64,000 nt of DNA from Candidatus Poribacteria bacterium (GTDB lineage Bacteria > Poribacteria > WGA-4E > PCPOR2b), in assembly GCA_965215015.1 (NCBI GenBank), contig OZ244042.1, positions 2,560,001 through 2,624,000 on the forward strand, given 5' to 3'. Positions 28,706-39,243 of this stretch are shown here, piece by piece. The first letter of the stretch is position 1; each line of letters starts with the position of its first letter. Below the pieces are notes generated by a model. The model had not been told where the DNA came from and ran no database searches. It saw only the letters and a program-made list of their open reading frames with translations. Both the position numbers and the translations under genes were made by a program.

Positions 28706-30187
28706 TTACCTACTTCCAACTGTTTTTAGGGGTAATACAATCTCAAAGGTTGTACCCTGTGAGCTTGTCTCAATGAGTCGAATCTGTCCATGATGATACG
28801 CTTCAATGATTCGTTTAACAAGCGTCAAACCAAGTCCCCATCCATGTTTCTTCGTTGTCATCCCCGGATGAAAGATTTTATTACGGTTTTTCCGGGAAAC
28901 TCCTTTTCCGTTATCTTTGTATACAATGACAATCTGATGCCCCCTCGGATGGAGCCGTGGGTCGATTTGGATGATACCATTTTCCTTATCTATTGCATCA
29001 AGTGAATTCCGGATCAGGTTTTCAAAAACCCACTGTAGTAAATCCGCATTCGCTACAATTTCGGGAAGTTCGCGGTTAACCACGCGCAATTCAACCTGTT
29101 TACTTAGATTGGGCAAACGCTTTTGAAAATAGGCGACAGCATCTCTGATAACTGAGTTAATGTTGACGCAGGTTTGCTGTGGGTACGAACCAATCTTGCC
29201 AAAACGTTCTGTAATACGCTGGAGTCGAGCGAGATCGCTCTGCATATTTGCATAAATTTCGGAAGTTGTATTGGCTCCCTTCTGCTTGTCCAATTCCATC
29301 AATAGCTCGACCCACCCCATCAACGAGGAGATCGGTGTCCCGAGTTGATGCGCGGTCTCTTTCGCAAGTCCACCCCAGATCGACGCCTGTTCAAAGGTTT
29401 TAATTCGGCGATAGCTCAAAAAGCTAACAATCAAGATGCTCGAGAACACAGCGACCAATACGATGGGCATAATGAAGATGCCATAGTCGGGGATTACCTC
29501 GTAGTACAGATAGCCCTGAAGGGGACCGGGGTTGGTTTGCAGTAGAGCGTACCGCCCCACGGCTTTGGAATTTTGAACGAACCTCTTGGCTCTTTCGTAT
29601 TGCTCTGGCGTGGCGGTCTTTGCTGTGAGCAATTCAGTCCAGATTTTCCACTGCTGCGGATTATGCTCTAAATCCGTCATGGCAAAGGGCAGTCGATCTA
29701 TTGCATTTGCGTCCGCCTCGCCATGATGGAAATACCCATCAATCAGGAAATCATGGAGCGGTTTTGGGGTTTCGTCCTGCTTCATCCGATTGAGAATTTT
29801 ATTGAGTTTTAATGTCTCAGCATCAGAGAGCAGCATGCTATCATTGATTTTGTTTTCAATCGTCTTATCGCTGAGGTTTTTAGCCTTTTGGGCTTGACCG
29901 TCGGCATCCGTGATGATGAATGATAGCCGGCTTTCATTGAACAACTTCTCCTTAGTAATCTGGCTCAACTGATCTTGAAGTTGTCCATCTTTGATACCTC
30001 CAAGTAAAGCTGCAAGGTCCGCCAACGGTTCGACTTGCTTCTCGAAAACTTTAGTGCGTTGGAGAAGCAGGTGGGTGTAATACACGAAGGCAAGCGAAAG
30101 GATCAGCAGCCCAACAATGAAACAGGTAAGCAAGAAATTGGAGGCAGCGTAGCCGGTAGGTACAGTCCTCTGACGTTTGAAAAACAT
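28706..30187 (-). CDS. Membrane sensor histidine kinase
   Basis: Two TM segments, AKETAHQLGTP H-box, ENLIRNSLDA, DNGKG, GWGLGL. Confidence 0.92.
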   Translation of the reverse strand: MFFKRQRTVPTGYAASNFLLTCFIVGLLILSLAFVYYTHLLLQRTKVFEKQVEPLADLAALLGGIKDGQLQDQLSQITKEKLFNESRLSFIITDADGQAQKAKNLSDKTIENKINDSMLLSDAETLKLNKILNRMKQDETPKPLHDFLIDGYFHHGEADANAIDRLPFAMTDLEHNPQQWKIWTELLTAKTATPEQYERAKRFVQNSKAVGRYALLQTNPGPLQGYLYYEVIPDYGIFIMPIVLVAVFSSILIVSFLSYRRIKTFEQASIWGGLAKETAHQLGTPISSLMGWVELLMELDKQKGANTTSEIYANMQSDLARLQRITERFGKIGSYPQQTCVNINSVIRDAVAYFQKRLPNLSKQVELRVVNRELPEIVANADLLQWVFENLIRNSLDAIDKENGIIQIDPRLHPRGHQIVIVYKDNGKGVSRKNRNKIFHPGMTTKKHGWGLGLTLVKRIIEAYHHGQIRLIETSSQGTTFEIVLPLKTVGSR

Positions 30188-30304
30188 CTGTGTGCCCCAA
30201 TCAAGCACGGCAAAGACTTATGCACGCACGAAATATTTGATACTATTGTATCAGAAAACATACTCTAAAGTCAAGTACTCGTTTGGGGCATTCCAAAAAC
30301 AAGC

Positions 30305-30334
30305 TTGACATAGCCTTGTGGATTCTTTTATAAT
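30305..30334 (+). promoter_or_regulatory. Sigma70-type promoter
   Basis: TTGACA-18 bp-TATAAT. Confidence 0.65.
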
Positions 30335-30382
30335 CACCTCTAGTTTTTTTACTCACAACGTCAGTAAGCGGAAGGAATTTTG

Positions 30383-31330
30383 ATGAAATGTGTAGGCAAT
30401 AGACTTCACTTTATCGTCTTGATATTATCTGTATCCCTCTGGATCGGTTGCCAAGGCGGCGCATTCAACATAGGCGATGTTGGCACTAGCGAAAATCCAC
30501 TCGAAAAATCGGGCGAGTTGACCGAGAGTGAAGTCTGGGCGGGAAAGATTTTAATTGCCGGTGATGTTATTGTACCTGAAGGGAAAACGTTGACGATTCG
30601 ATCCGACTCTGTTGTTGGTTTTGATCCAATAACCGGCGTCCATCAGTTGATTGTGCGTGGGTCGCTGTATGCAGAAGGCAAGCCAGATCACCTGATTATA
30701 TTTGGTTCGCTCGGAACTGAGACAGCGATGCCTAAAACCGGCGATTGGGGCGGTATTCGATTTGAAGAGACAAGTCCCAACTCTCGTCTAAGTTACTGCC
30801 GTATTCTGCATGCTGACACAGCACTCTCCTCCCAATCCGATGGCGTGCAGATTGAAAGTTGCCTGTTAAACGATAACGAGCTGGCAATTCTTTGCGACGA
30901 TGGATCCCCAACGATAAGTGGTAACGAGATTAACAAAAATGGCATAGCGATTAAATGTCTCAAAAATGCGGCCCCAGAAATCGCCCGGAACTCAATCCAA
31001 GCGAATGAGTTTGGGATTGTCTGCGATGATGATTCCCGACCGACCATTCATTACAACGAAATATCCAGCAACTATCAAGACGCAATTAGGAGCTATGCTG
31101 CTGCTTCACCCGAGATTGTTTCCAACAACATCGTTTTGAATCGGGGATGGGCGGTATATGATGGCGGGCGATTGCGCGAAAATTATATCCGTGGGAACAA
31201 GGAGATCGGGCCCGAAGTCGTTGACCGTGGTACGGGGCGCGAGAGTGGGCAATTCTACGGTGTAGATGAAGTCTTTGATCCGCGTGCTGCCCCTGTGCCG
31301 GATGCTGGCGTCCAACGAGACGGATATTAA
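30383..31330 (+). CDS. Lipoprotein with right-handed parallel beta-helix (NosD-like)
   Basis: WIG-C lipobox-like site; GDWGGI; repeated P-x-I-x-x-N-x-I-x-x-N units. Confidence 0.8.
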   Translation: MKCVGNRLHFIVLILSVSLWIGCQGGAFNIGDVGTSENPLEKSGELTESEVWAGKILIAGDVIVPEGKTLTIRSDSVVGFDPITGVHQLIVRGSLYAEGKPDHLIIFGSLGTETAMPKTGDWGGIRFEETSPNSRLSYCRILHADTALSSQSDGVQIESCLLNDNELAILCDDGSPTISGNEINKNGIAIKCLKNAAPEIARNSIQANEFGIVCDDDSRPTIHYNEISSNYQDAIRSYAAASPEIVSNNIVLNRGWAVYDGGRLRENYIRGNKEIGPEVVDRGTGRESGQFYGVDEVFDPRAAPVPDAGVQRDGY

Positions 31331-31405
31331 GGGCTTAATTGGAAAAAGTACACGTTTTTCACGCAAAAGGGACTCGTGTAAGGAAAAGGATACTAAGGAC
31401 GCGAT

Positions 31406-32104
31406 ATGGCGAAACCCACGCAAATCCCAACCGCGCAACACAACTGGGACGCTTGGATTGGCACAGATGAAGCAGGCAAAGGAGATTATTTCGGATCGCT
31501 GGCGGTAGCCGGCGTATATGTCAACTCCGAAATCTGTAAGGTTTTGCACACATTGGGGGTGCGCGATGGGAAACAACTGTCTGATTCACAGGTCAAGAAA
31601 CTTGCCCAAGAGATCCGGATACACTGTGGTAATTATATCTCTCTGTCTGACCTTGAACCATTTGAATATAATAAGCGGTACGATTCATTCAGGGAAAGCG
31701 GTCGAAACCTGAATCATCTCCTTGCGTCGCTTCACACCGAAGTAATTCTGAATCTCTTCAACGAGTATGTGGACTGCCGTCACGTCCTGGTGGACCGTTT
31801 CGCCAAGGAGGAGGTATTGGCAACACAATTAGGCCCTGCTATGAACCCCGACATCACGTTGGTACAGATTCCGAAGGCTGAGAGCGATATTGCTGTCGCC
31901 GCTGCATCAATTATTGCCCGTGATGTTTTTCTCCAGCAGCTAGAACAACTTTCTAAAGAGTACCAAATTCAACTGCCCAAAGGCGCGTCGCAAGTGATTG
32001 ATGTAGGCAAACAATTCGTTCAGCGGCATGGCTCCGAATCTTTATACCATGTTGCTAAGCTGCACTTTCGGACAACGATGGACATTTTAGGAAGTGAGAA
32101 GTAA
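31406..32104 (+). CDS. rnhC: Ribonuclease HIII, catalytic domain only
   Basis: IGTDEAGKGDYFG, NLNHLLA, AVAAASIIAR, LPKGAS, AKLHF. Confidence 0.88.
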   Translation: MAKPTQIPTAQHNWDAWIGTDEAGKGDYFGSLAVAGVYVNSEICKVLHTLGVRDGKQLSDSQVKKLAQEIRIHCGNYISLSDLEPFEYNKRYDSFRESGRNLNHLLASLHTEVILNLFNEYVDCRHVLVDRFAKEEVLATQLGPAMNPDITLVQIPKAESDIAVAAASIIARDVFLQQLEQLSKEYQIQLPKGASQVIDVGKQFVQRHGSESLYHVAKLHFRTTMDILGSEK

Positions 32105-32132
32105 ACCCAAAGTACAATAGAATGGAGGAGAA

Positions 32133-32267
32133 TTATCAGAATCTTCCGCTCTAAAATCCCGTCTTTTCAGGTGGGGATACAGATTGGCAAAGGGTATTCA
32201 GTCAAACAACGGTTGAAGTTGTCTGAGGCTAATAATCGCAAAATAGAGTATACCTGTTTTGTCTTTC
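32133..32267 (+). mobile_element. Dispersed ~135-bp repeat, putative IS605-family left end (copy 1)
   Basis: Homologous to the reverse complement of 35071-35206 and to 46640-46724. Confidence 0.7.
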
Positions 32268-32319
32268 CTAAGAGACTCTATCGCACGATAGGGTCTCTCA
32301 CCGCTGAAGGTAAGAAGTG

Positions 32320-33290
32320 CGGTCGTGCCCCACCCCTAAGATAAGAACCTACCCCCCCTAGCCCCCCCGCAAGCAGGGGGGAAGACGTGCAATGAATTGC
32401 ACTACTACAAACAGGAGGAAAAGGAGGCGTGCCCCCACCGTTAAGATAAGAACCCCCCTAGCCTCCCGCAAGCAGGGGTAATTTGTTGGTGGGGGACAAT
32501 CCGTGGAGGGTGTTATCGCTCTAGTAACTAGTAAGATGGGTTCGGCTTGTGGTTTTGTGAATGAGGTGCTGAATCTTCGGAGCAGGATATGGCAGTGTCC
32601 GAACGGCGATACAGGGTTAGATAGTAGAGATTGCACCGCCGGGGGGAAAGCCCCCTAACCCCAAATACCCATACGGTATCTCTTCCCCCTGCTTGCGGGA
32701 GATTGAGGGGGTTAGGCTCAATGATCCAGGAGCTGACGGACAACCCACCGGGTGTTTATCTGGGGGCAATTTTTCCTTCCCCCTGCTTGCGGGGGGACCG
32801 AGGGGGGTTCTTAGTTGAATCTTCGGGGCAGGACATAGCAGTGTCCGAACGGCGCTACAGAGTTAGATAGAGATTGCACCGCCGGGGGAAAGCCCCCCTA
32901 ACCCCAAATACCCATACGGTATCTCTTCCCTCTGCTTGGGGGAGATTGAGGGGGTTAGGCTCAATGATCCAGGAGCTGACGGACAACCCACCGGGTGTTT
33001 ATCTGGGGGCAATTTTTCCTTCCTCCTTCTTGGGGGGGATTGATGGGGTTAGGCTCAATGAGCCAGGAGCTGACGGACATCCCGCCGGGTGTTTATCTGG
33101 GGGCAATTTTTCCTTCCTCCTTCTTGGGGGGGATTGATGGGGTTAGGCTCAATGAGCCAGGAGCTGACGGCCCCCCCGCCGGGTGTTTATCTGGGGGCAA
33201 TTTTTCCTTCCCCCTGCTTGCGGGGGGACCGAGGGGGGTTCTTAATGGTAGTGTCCAAGCTGCGATACACATCTTAAAAGTGATATAGAA
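32320..33290 (+). repeat. Composite repeat array: degenerate TnpB C-terminal fragments with GC-rich palindromic units (~243-bp and ~94-bp periods)
   Basis: Hand translation TSKMGSACGFVNEVLNLRSRIWQCPNGDTGLD, LNLRGRT*QCPNGATELDRD and W*CPSCDTHL; the unit GGGGTTAGGCTCAATGA..TTTTTCCTTCC occurs 4 times. Confidence 0.8.
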
Positions 33291-33312
33291 TGAGGGGGCT
33301 TCGACAAGCGTT

Positions 33313-34488
33313 ATGGAAAAGCTATTTCTGGTGCACTATGGCGAGTTGGGGTTAAAAGGCAAGAACCGTTCATTTTTTGAGAAGAAGCTCGTTCAAAATA
33401 TAAAACTGTCATTGAAAGGCATGGGATACGCAGAAGTGCGGCGAATATATGGACGGATTCTGGTGATGTTACGACCGGGAACAGATGTCCCGGCAATCCA
33501 AGAGCGGTTGGGCAAAGTTATGGGGATTGCTCATTTCGAGCTCGCCTTAAGGACAGCACAGACCCTCGATGCCATCCAAGCTGCCGCATTGGAGCTCGTC
33601 AAAGATCGGCAGTTTAAGACACTCAAGGTTGAAACGAAACGAGCGAACAAACGCTTTCCACTCACTTCACCTGAGATTAGTGCGGCGGTGGGCGCGTATC
33701 TACTCAGCGCAACCGGCGCATCAGCGGATATGCACACCCCCAATCTGCGATGCAATATCGAAATTGTTGAAGAGGCAGCGTATATCTATGTCGAAAAGAT
33801 TCGGGGGGTAGGCGGTCTGCCTGTTGGCACCAGCGGGAAGGTCCTCGTCATGCTTTCTGGTGGGATTGATTCGCCGGTTGCGGCTTGGAGGCTGATGAAA
33901 CGTGGTGTCAAAGCACTCTTTGTTCACTTTTACAGCTATCCCTACACGGACAAGGCATCACTTGAAAAGGTGGAGGAAATCGCTGAGATTTTGGCGACCT
34001 GGAATTATCGAACACAGATTTACCTCGTCCCATTTGCCGAGGTGCAGCGGGAAATTGTAACCCAAACCCCGGCCCCGTTTCGGGTCATCCTCTACCGTAG
34101 AATGATGGTACGCATCGCGCAGCAGATTGCAGCGGCTGCAAAAGCGGAGTGCCTTGTCACCGGGGAAAGCCTTGGGCAGGTTGCCTCACAAACGTTGGTC
34201 AACCTTCGCGTGATTGAGGAAGCAGCAGGTATCCCCATTTTGCGCCCCCTAATCGGCGATGATAAAGCAGAGATTATAGAGTTAGCGGAGCAGATCGGCA
34301 CCTTTGAAATTTCGATACTGCCCCATGATGATTGCTGTTCGCTCTTTGTCCCCGACCACCCGGCGACCCACGCATCGCTGGAGGCGGTTCAAGAGGCGGA
34401 GGCAGTCCTGGATGTCAACGCGTCTGTGAAGCGAGCACTGGAATCGGTTAAAAAGAAGGTAGTTGAAACTGCCAATTTTGAGCTCTGA
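33313..34488 (+). CDS. thiI: tRNA 4-thiouridine synthase ThiI (no rhodanese domain)
   Basis: HYGELGLKGKNR, THUMP domain, LSGGIDSPVA PP-loop, GESLGQVASQT, DCC. Confidence 0.95.
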   Translation: MEKLFLVHYGELGLKGKNRSFFEKKLVQNIKLSLKGMGYAEVRRIYGRILVMLRPGTDVPAIQERLGKVMGIAHFELALRTAQTLDAIQAAALELVKDRQFKTLKVETKRANKRFPLTSPEISAAVGAYLLSATGASADMHTPNLRCNIEIVEEAAYIYVEKIRGVGGLPVGTSGKVLVMLSGGIDSPVAAWRLMKRGVKALFVHFYSYPYTDKASLEKVEEIAEILATWNYRTQIYLVPFAEVQREIVTQTPAPFRVILYRRMMVRIAQQIAAAAKAECLVTGESLGQVASQTLVNLRVIEEAAGIPILRPLIGDDKAEIIELAEQIGTFEISILPHDDCCSLFVPDHPATHASLEAVQEAEAVLDVNASVKRALESVKKKVVETANFEL

Positions 34489-34579
34489 CTTTAATTTCTG
34501 TTAGTCGGTTTCTGTGAGAATCGCTTTCAACGGTTTCGGATAGTTCGTCAAAATCCCATCGACGCCGATTTCGATGTAA

Positions 34580-34736
34580 ACTCGAATCTTCCACCATCTA
34601 GAAGTCGTGCAATGCCTTTGCAACCTTGCGTGCATAGTGCCCGTCTGGCTGGCCTCCTTCCTTGAGGTGGACGTTGAGTCCCACCGTTCCTTGCACGAGG
34701 TCTAACACTTCCTCCCACGTCGGTACATGCTCGACC
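34580..34736 (-). pseudogene. Glycerophosphodiester phosphodiesterase-like fragment
   Basis: Hand translation EHVPTWEEVLDLVQGTVGLNVHLKEGG..LHDF*, resembling the GDPD signature PTLEEVL..LNIELK. Confidence 0.6.
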
Positions 34737-34778
34737 CAATGACAGAAATCTTCGCAGATTTCTATCATTGGTTTGTTA

Positions 34779-35206
34779 TTGACGTACTCCCACCCCTACC
34801 GGTGGGGTAACCGTGGTGAGACGAAAGCCACTGCAACACCCTCCCGTCGGAGTATGGGAAAACCGTTGCGAATTTATACCCCTGCTAACCATTTTCAGCA
34901 GTGCCACCGTCTCTATTTAAATGGGTTGAAACCTCTGGGATTTGTCGGATTGTTAGGGCACGCCCTAACAAGCCTCTGGTTCTGAACCTGAAGGTGATAG
35001 ATCGTTCAACCTAACAGGCGGTTTCAAACATGAATGTTGACAAATCCCACCGATGCTGACATGCTCCCACGAAAGCGAAGAAAAGTATACCCCATTTTGC
35101 GATTGTTAGCCGCCAGACAATTTCAACCGTTGTTTGGCCGAATACCGTTTGCCAATCTGTATTCCCGTCTTAAAAGACGCGGTTTTAGATCGGAAGATTC
35201 TGATAA
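34779..35206 (-). mobile_element. Non-autonomous IS605/TnpB-derived element (~430 bp) with both putative ends
   Basis: Left-end repeat at 35071-35206, residual THLNRD peptide, right end ...GGGTGGGAGTACGTCAA shared with 9382. Confidence 0.65.
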
Positions 35207-35317
35207 GAGTACAGGCTACAGTGGTCAGGTACGCAATCAAGATAAGTCGTAGGACAAGCCAATCCCCCACGTCAAGGCAAAGTTGGCTGGACACCGATTG
35301 ACGCGGAAGGAGACTTT

Positions 35318-36343
35318 ATGGATGAAGTACGTCTAAAAACAATTTTGGAAGGGTTTCGGGAACGAAAGATTCTGGTTGTCGGGGATTTCTACCTTGACGC
35401 ATACTGGCTGGTCGATAAAACGAAATCCACCCTGTCCCTAGAAACCCCTTGGCATACAAATCCCGTCATAGATCAACGCTACAACCCCGGTGCTGCGGGG
35501 ACTGTTACTAACAACCTCACTGCCCTAGAGGTCGGAGAAGTTTACACACTAGGTGTTATCGGTAAGGACGGGTTTGGCAACACCTTGCTCGATCGCTTAA
35601 AAGCTAACGGTTGCATTACAGATTTCATGATTACCGCCCCGGATCGAGTTACCCCGACCTATCTCAAACCCATCCACCGCGGATATGAAGGGATTGAAAC
35701 AGAAGGGCCCCGATTTGATATCGAGAACCCATCCATGGTGCGATCTGAGGTGGAGGATAGGGTGCTCCATGCCTTGCGCCGGTGTGTGTTGCAGGTGGAA
35801 GGGGTCATTGTTGGAGATCAGATGCCGCACGACAATCGAGGCGTTATCACCGATCGGGTTCGGACAGAAATCTGCCGACTTGCCGTGGAGTTTCCCGACA
35901 AACTCTTTTTTGCAGATTCGCGTACACGGATTGGAGAGTACCATCACGTCATTATCAAGCCGAACCGATTTGAGGCGAAACGCGCAATCGATCCGGATTG
36001 GACTGGAGGAGAGGTCGATCTGGAGGAGGCAAAGCGATGTGGGCGGATCTTAACAGACCGGACAGAGAAGCCACTTTTTGTAACCGTTGGTTCGGAGGGT
36101 ATCTTGGTGTTCTGTGCTGGACGGGTTGAGCAGGTACCGGGCATCCCGCTTGAGACGGAGATCGATCCGGTGGGAGCGGGGGACAGCGTTTCTGCTGCAA
36201 TTGTTGCGACACTCTGTGGTGGCTCTGATTACCTTGAAGCGGCACAGGTTGGAAACCTGGTCGCATCGGTTACCGTTACTAAAATGGGAACAACCGGCAC
36301 CGCTTCACACGCAGAGGTGATTAATAGATTCGGAGAGATCTGA
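35318..36343 (+). CDS. PfkB-family carbohydrate kinase (HldE/RfaE domain I-like)
   Basis: [35 protein letters not shown]. Confidence 0.88.
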   Translation: MDEVRLKTILEGFRERKILVVGDFYLDAYWLVDKTKSTLSLETPWHTNPVIDQRYNPGAAGTVTNNLTALEVGEVYTLGVIGKDGFGNTLLDRLKANGCITDFMITAPDRVTPTYLKPIHRGYEGIETEGPRFDIENPSMVRSEVEDRVLHALRRCVLQVEGVIVGDQMPHDNRGVITDRVRTEICRLAVEFPDKLFFADSRTRIGEYHHVIIKPNRFEAKRAIDPDWTGGEVDLEEAKRCGRILTDRTEKPLFVTVGSEGILVFCAGRVEQVPGIPLETEIDPVGAGDSVSAAIVATLCGGSDYLEAAQVGNLVASVTVTKMGTTGTASHAEVINRFGEI

Positions 36344-36350
36344 TTCTATC

Positions 36351-36790
36351 CCGCGCTCGACCGTGGGGACGATGACCGATCTCTACGATTATATGCGGAT
36401 GCTATTTGCCACGATCGGGGTATCCCACTGTCCCTATTGTGGCGTCAAAGTCCCCACCCGAACCCCCTCTACCAACTGATGGAACATATACTCTCATTGC
36501 CTGAAGGGACTGAAGTCGTAATCTACGCGCCGGTCTTCAAGATTTACGGTGAAGATTATCCCTACCTCCTTGATGACGTCCGTCTGAAGGGGGGGGCACC
36601 GGGTTCGGATTAATGGTGATTTGCACTATCTCAGCGAAGATATTGAGCGAGATGAACGGGGGAGTGCAACATTCAAGCCATCATTGACAGGTTCGCTATC
36701 AAGCCAGATATTAACAAACAGATCCTCGCCGCCCTCGATCACGCCATGCTGGTTGGTGAAGGATTTATGAGTTTCCGTCTAGGCGAGCAT
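36351..36790 (+). pseudogene. Internal fragment of a UvrA-like gene with frameshifts
   Basis: Hand translation [31 protein letters not shown], then after frameshifts ILSLPEGTEVVIYAPV and IIDRF. Confidence 0.8.
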
Positions 36791-36808
36791 GGACAAAATG
36801 GGAAGGGT

Positions 36809-38179
36809 TCACTCAAACGTGCGGTAATTCAGAAACGTTTTATCATTTTTCCGAATTACGACATCTTTCAACGTATCTGTTTTAACTCGTCGGTCGGTGC
36901 GGTCGGAGAATGCAAGCGTAATATTATGCGTACCCGCTGGTAAGCGCATCCGCACAAGAAAGATCTGATTCGGCAGGGTTTGCCATGAACGGGTGTCCGC
37001 ACTCTCGGTAGCAACATTCAGTAAGTTGACGAGCCGCCCGACTACTTCTCCCTCCTGATTGGCACGACGGAAACCGAGATATTTTAATACCCCGCGCACA
37101 ACCGTGCGGAGCATAATGGTCGGCAGCTCTGATTCAAACGTTTTTATCGCTGCAGCTTCGATATCCTCAACTAAGACCCCCGCGGCGTGTCCATACGCTG
37201 TGTTTGTGTCAATGCCAATGAGCCTTGGTCGATTTGAACGGTAGGTGGGAATTGCGACACGCAAGAGATATTCCACTTCGACTTTTCTATACTGCTGGTT
37301 TCGTCTGCGTACCAGCTGGCGTGCATATTCCCGAACCCTTTTTTCGTCTCCAGCGTCGTCGTCTTGGACAATAGGGTCGGACTTGAGAATTGGGAAAACT
37401 AAGTTCTCCTCAATTTTTGGGGGTACGAATCCCGTTTCGTAGAGCAGGATGAGCTCACCTGAATTGGGAGCACCTTCGGGGGGGACACCGTAGGTTGCCG
37501 CGTATTTCTCAAATTCTTCTTGAAAGCCTAACCGCCCCGCGAGACGCACCAGAGACTCCCCGACATCCTGTGGAAAAGGGAGCCCCAGTGCCCCTTCGTA
37601 CTGTTTATATGCCCTTTCTGCCCAGCGATAGGCGATGAACGCATCGTTCCAATCCCCCGCCCACTCGTAGAGGATAGCCGACAGATAGGCAATGAAAGCG
37701 GCACCGACAAATTCGTAATTTTCATCGGCATCGGCATAGAACTGAAGCAATCTGCCCGCTTTTCGACATTCAACGAGTGCGTCGTCTGGCATGTTCAAAT
37801 AGACGTAATTGAATGCGCGATAGTAATGAATAAGCAGCCGCTCATACTGGCTCCCAGCGTATGAGCGGAAATTGTCTGAAGTGAGCAATGAGACAGCTTC
37901 CCGCGAGATACTTTTGGTATACAAGTCATCCGAGGTAATCTCAGCAAGCTCAAAGGTGCGATTGCTCTCATCGAACCGGGCACCGTAGTGGGCGATGAGC
38001 CCACGTTCAAAAAGATATGGTAACTTGGCTTCTCTCTTACCGCCTGCATCCAGTTCTATCAATGCTCCATCAAAATCGCCCTGTTCAAAAGCGATTTGCA
38101 CCTCCTCCATGCTGTAAGGGCTACACCCAAAACTCAGGTATAGCAACCCCAAGAGCGGAAGGATTTTCACGATTTGCAT
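36809..38179 (-). CDS. COG3014-like lipoprotein (TPR-like N-terminal half)
   Basis: SFG-C lipobox, ERGLIAH, ALVECR, ADTRSWQTLP; directly downstream of lpoB. Confidence 0.8.
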   Translation of the reverse strand: MQIVKILPLLGLLYLSFGCSPYSMEEVQIAFEQGDFDGALIELDAGGKREAKLPYLFERGLIAHYGARFDESNRTFELAEITSDDLYTKSISREAVSLLTSDNFRSYAGSQYERLLIHYYRAFNYVYLNMPDDALVECRKAGRLLQFYADADENYEFVGAAFIAYLSAILYEWAGDWNDAFIAYRWAERAYKQYEGALGLPFPQDVGESLVRLAGRLGFQEEFEKYAATYGVPPEGAPNSGELILLYETGFVPPKIEENLVFPILKSDPIVQDDDAGDEKRVREYARQLVRRRNQQYRKVEVEYLLRVAIPTYRSNRPRLIGIDTNTAYGHAAGVLVEDIEAAAIKTFESELPTIMLRTVVRGVLKYLGFRRANQEGEVVGRLVNLLNVATESADTRSWQTLPNQIFLVRMRLPAGTHNITLAFSDRTDRRVKTDTLKDVVIRKNDKTFLNYRTFE

Positions 38180-38191
38180 AGCTCGGTCTTT

Positions 38192-38797
38192 CTAAAAAGT
38201 TGCTCGCTTTCGCTCGATGAATTTTTTAATTTTCTTTTGACCAAGCCATACTTTTTCATTGGTTTCAATATTGGTCAAGGTCAGGTCGGTTTGATAAAAT
38301 GTGACCTGTTTCCCCCCTTCACGGTCTTCAATCGTGTTGATCTGCCCGGTCATCATGTAGTCTGCGCCCAACTCTTTTCCCATTGCCTTAACCGTTTCGA
38401 GACTGGCAAACTTGCCCTGGTCTCCTTTCTCATCACGTAGTTCCCCCCGCTCGATGGCACTGGCGACAACGGACACCAAACCGGAGTTGATGAACGCCCG
38501 TTCAATATCGCTGACAAATGTAGGAATTGCGATATGCTCCGTACTGCGGTTGCGGATCGCGCCAACAATGACAATCGGCCGCTTGCCTTGGGTGCCAACC
38601 GTGTGCCGTGAGATCCACGGGTGATTGAGACAATCCGCAATCATTGCCTCGGAAACTTGACGTGAATCGGTGTCATTCCATCTGCCTGACAGGTCAATAG
38701 TTGTGTCGGCTTCGATGCGCTCGACTGTTTTTGTTGAGCCGCATCCTGCAAGGATGATGAACAGAATGCAACTGATTGAGATGATTACCTGTTTCAT
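38192..38797 (-). CDS. lpoB: Penicillin-binding protein activator LpoB-like lipoprotein
   Basis: LAG-C lipobox, DLSGRWNDTDS, NRSTEHI, GADY, KIKK. Confidence 0.8.
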   Translation of the reverse strand: MKQVIISISCILFIILAGCGSTKTVERIEADTTIDLSGRWNDTDSRQVSEAMIADCLNHPWISRHTVGTQGKRPIVIVGAIRNRSTEHIAIPTFVSDIERAFINSGLVSVVASAIERGELRDEKGDQGKFASLETVKAMGKELGADYMMTGQINTIEDREGGKQVTFYQTDLTLTNIETNEKVWLGQKKIKKFIERKRATF

Positions 38798-39160
38798 GAG
38801 TCCTCCTCATTTTTGAGAGTGTATAGGTTCTGTTGACATTTCAACGCAGTCAGATAAAATCTGACACGAATTGTTACTAAACGCAATTTACATAGTACAT
38901 TGAGCATAAGCAATTTAGTTACTACAGTTATCTCGAATTATACAACATACCGAATTTTTTGGCAAACACTTTTTCAAGTTGACCTTGTGTATGTTTTTGA
39001 CAGGGCTATGATTTCAAAAGCAACTTCATAATTACAAAGCCGTTGTCGAAACTCTGGCCCCCCGTCGTCGCAAAATAGATCAATAAAGTGAGTTGATTTT
39101 CCAAAATTGACAGCAGGAGTCGAGATCTGAATCTCGACCAACGGGGTTTATCATTCGTAC

Positions 39161-39207
39161 AAAAAAAAGCTGCTAAATGCCTCGTTGCGAGGAGGCATTT
39201 AGCAGCT
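39161..39207 (-). terminator. Strong intrinsic terminator of the giant protein gene
   Basis: 16-bp stem AGCTGCTAAATGCCTC/GAGGCATTTAGCAGCT followed by a T run on the minus strand. Confidence 0.9.
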
Positions 39208-39243
39208 ATGTTAAGTGAATGTATAGTAAGTATAGTGTGGACG

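Noticed and set aside
32560-33245. Possible CRISPR array
   Set aside because: Units are 94-243 bp and nearly identical throughout, with no unique spacers of uniform length and no cas genes in the window.
32358-33288. Short ORFs in the repeat region
   Set aside because: They are translations of repeated non-coding units, with the same peptides appearing in several frames.
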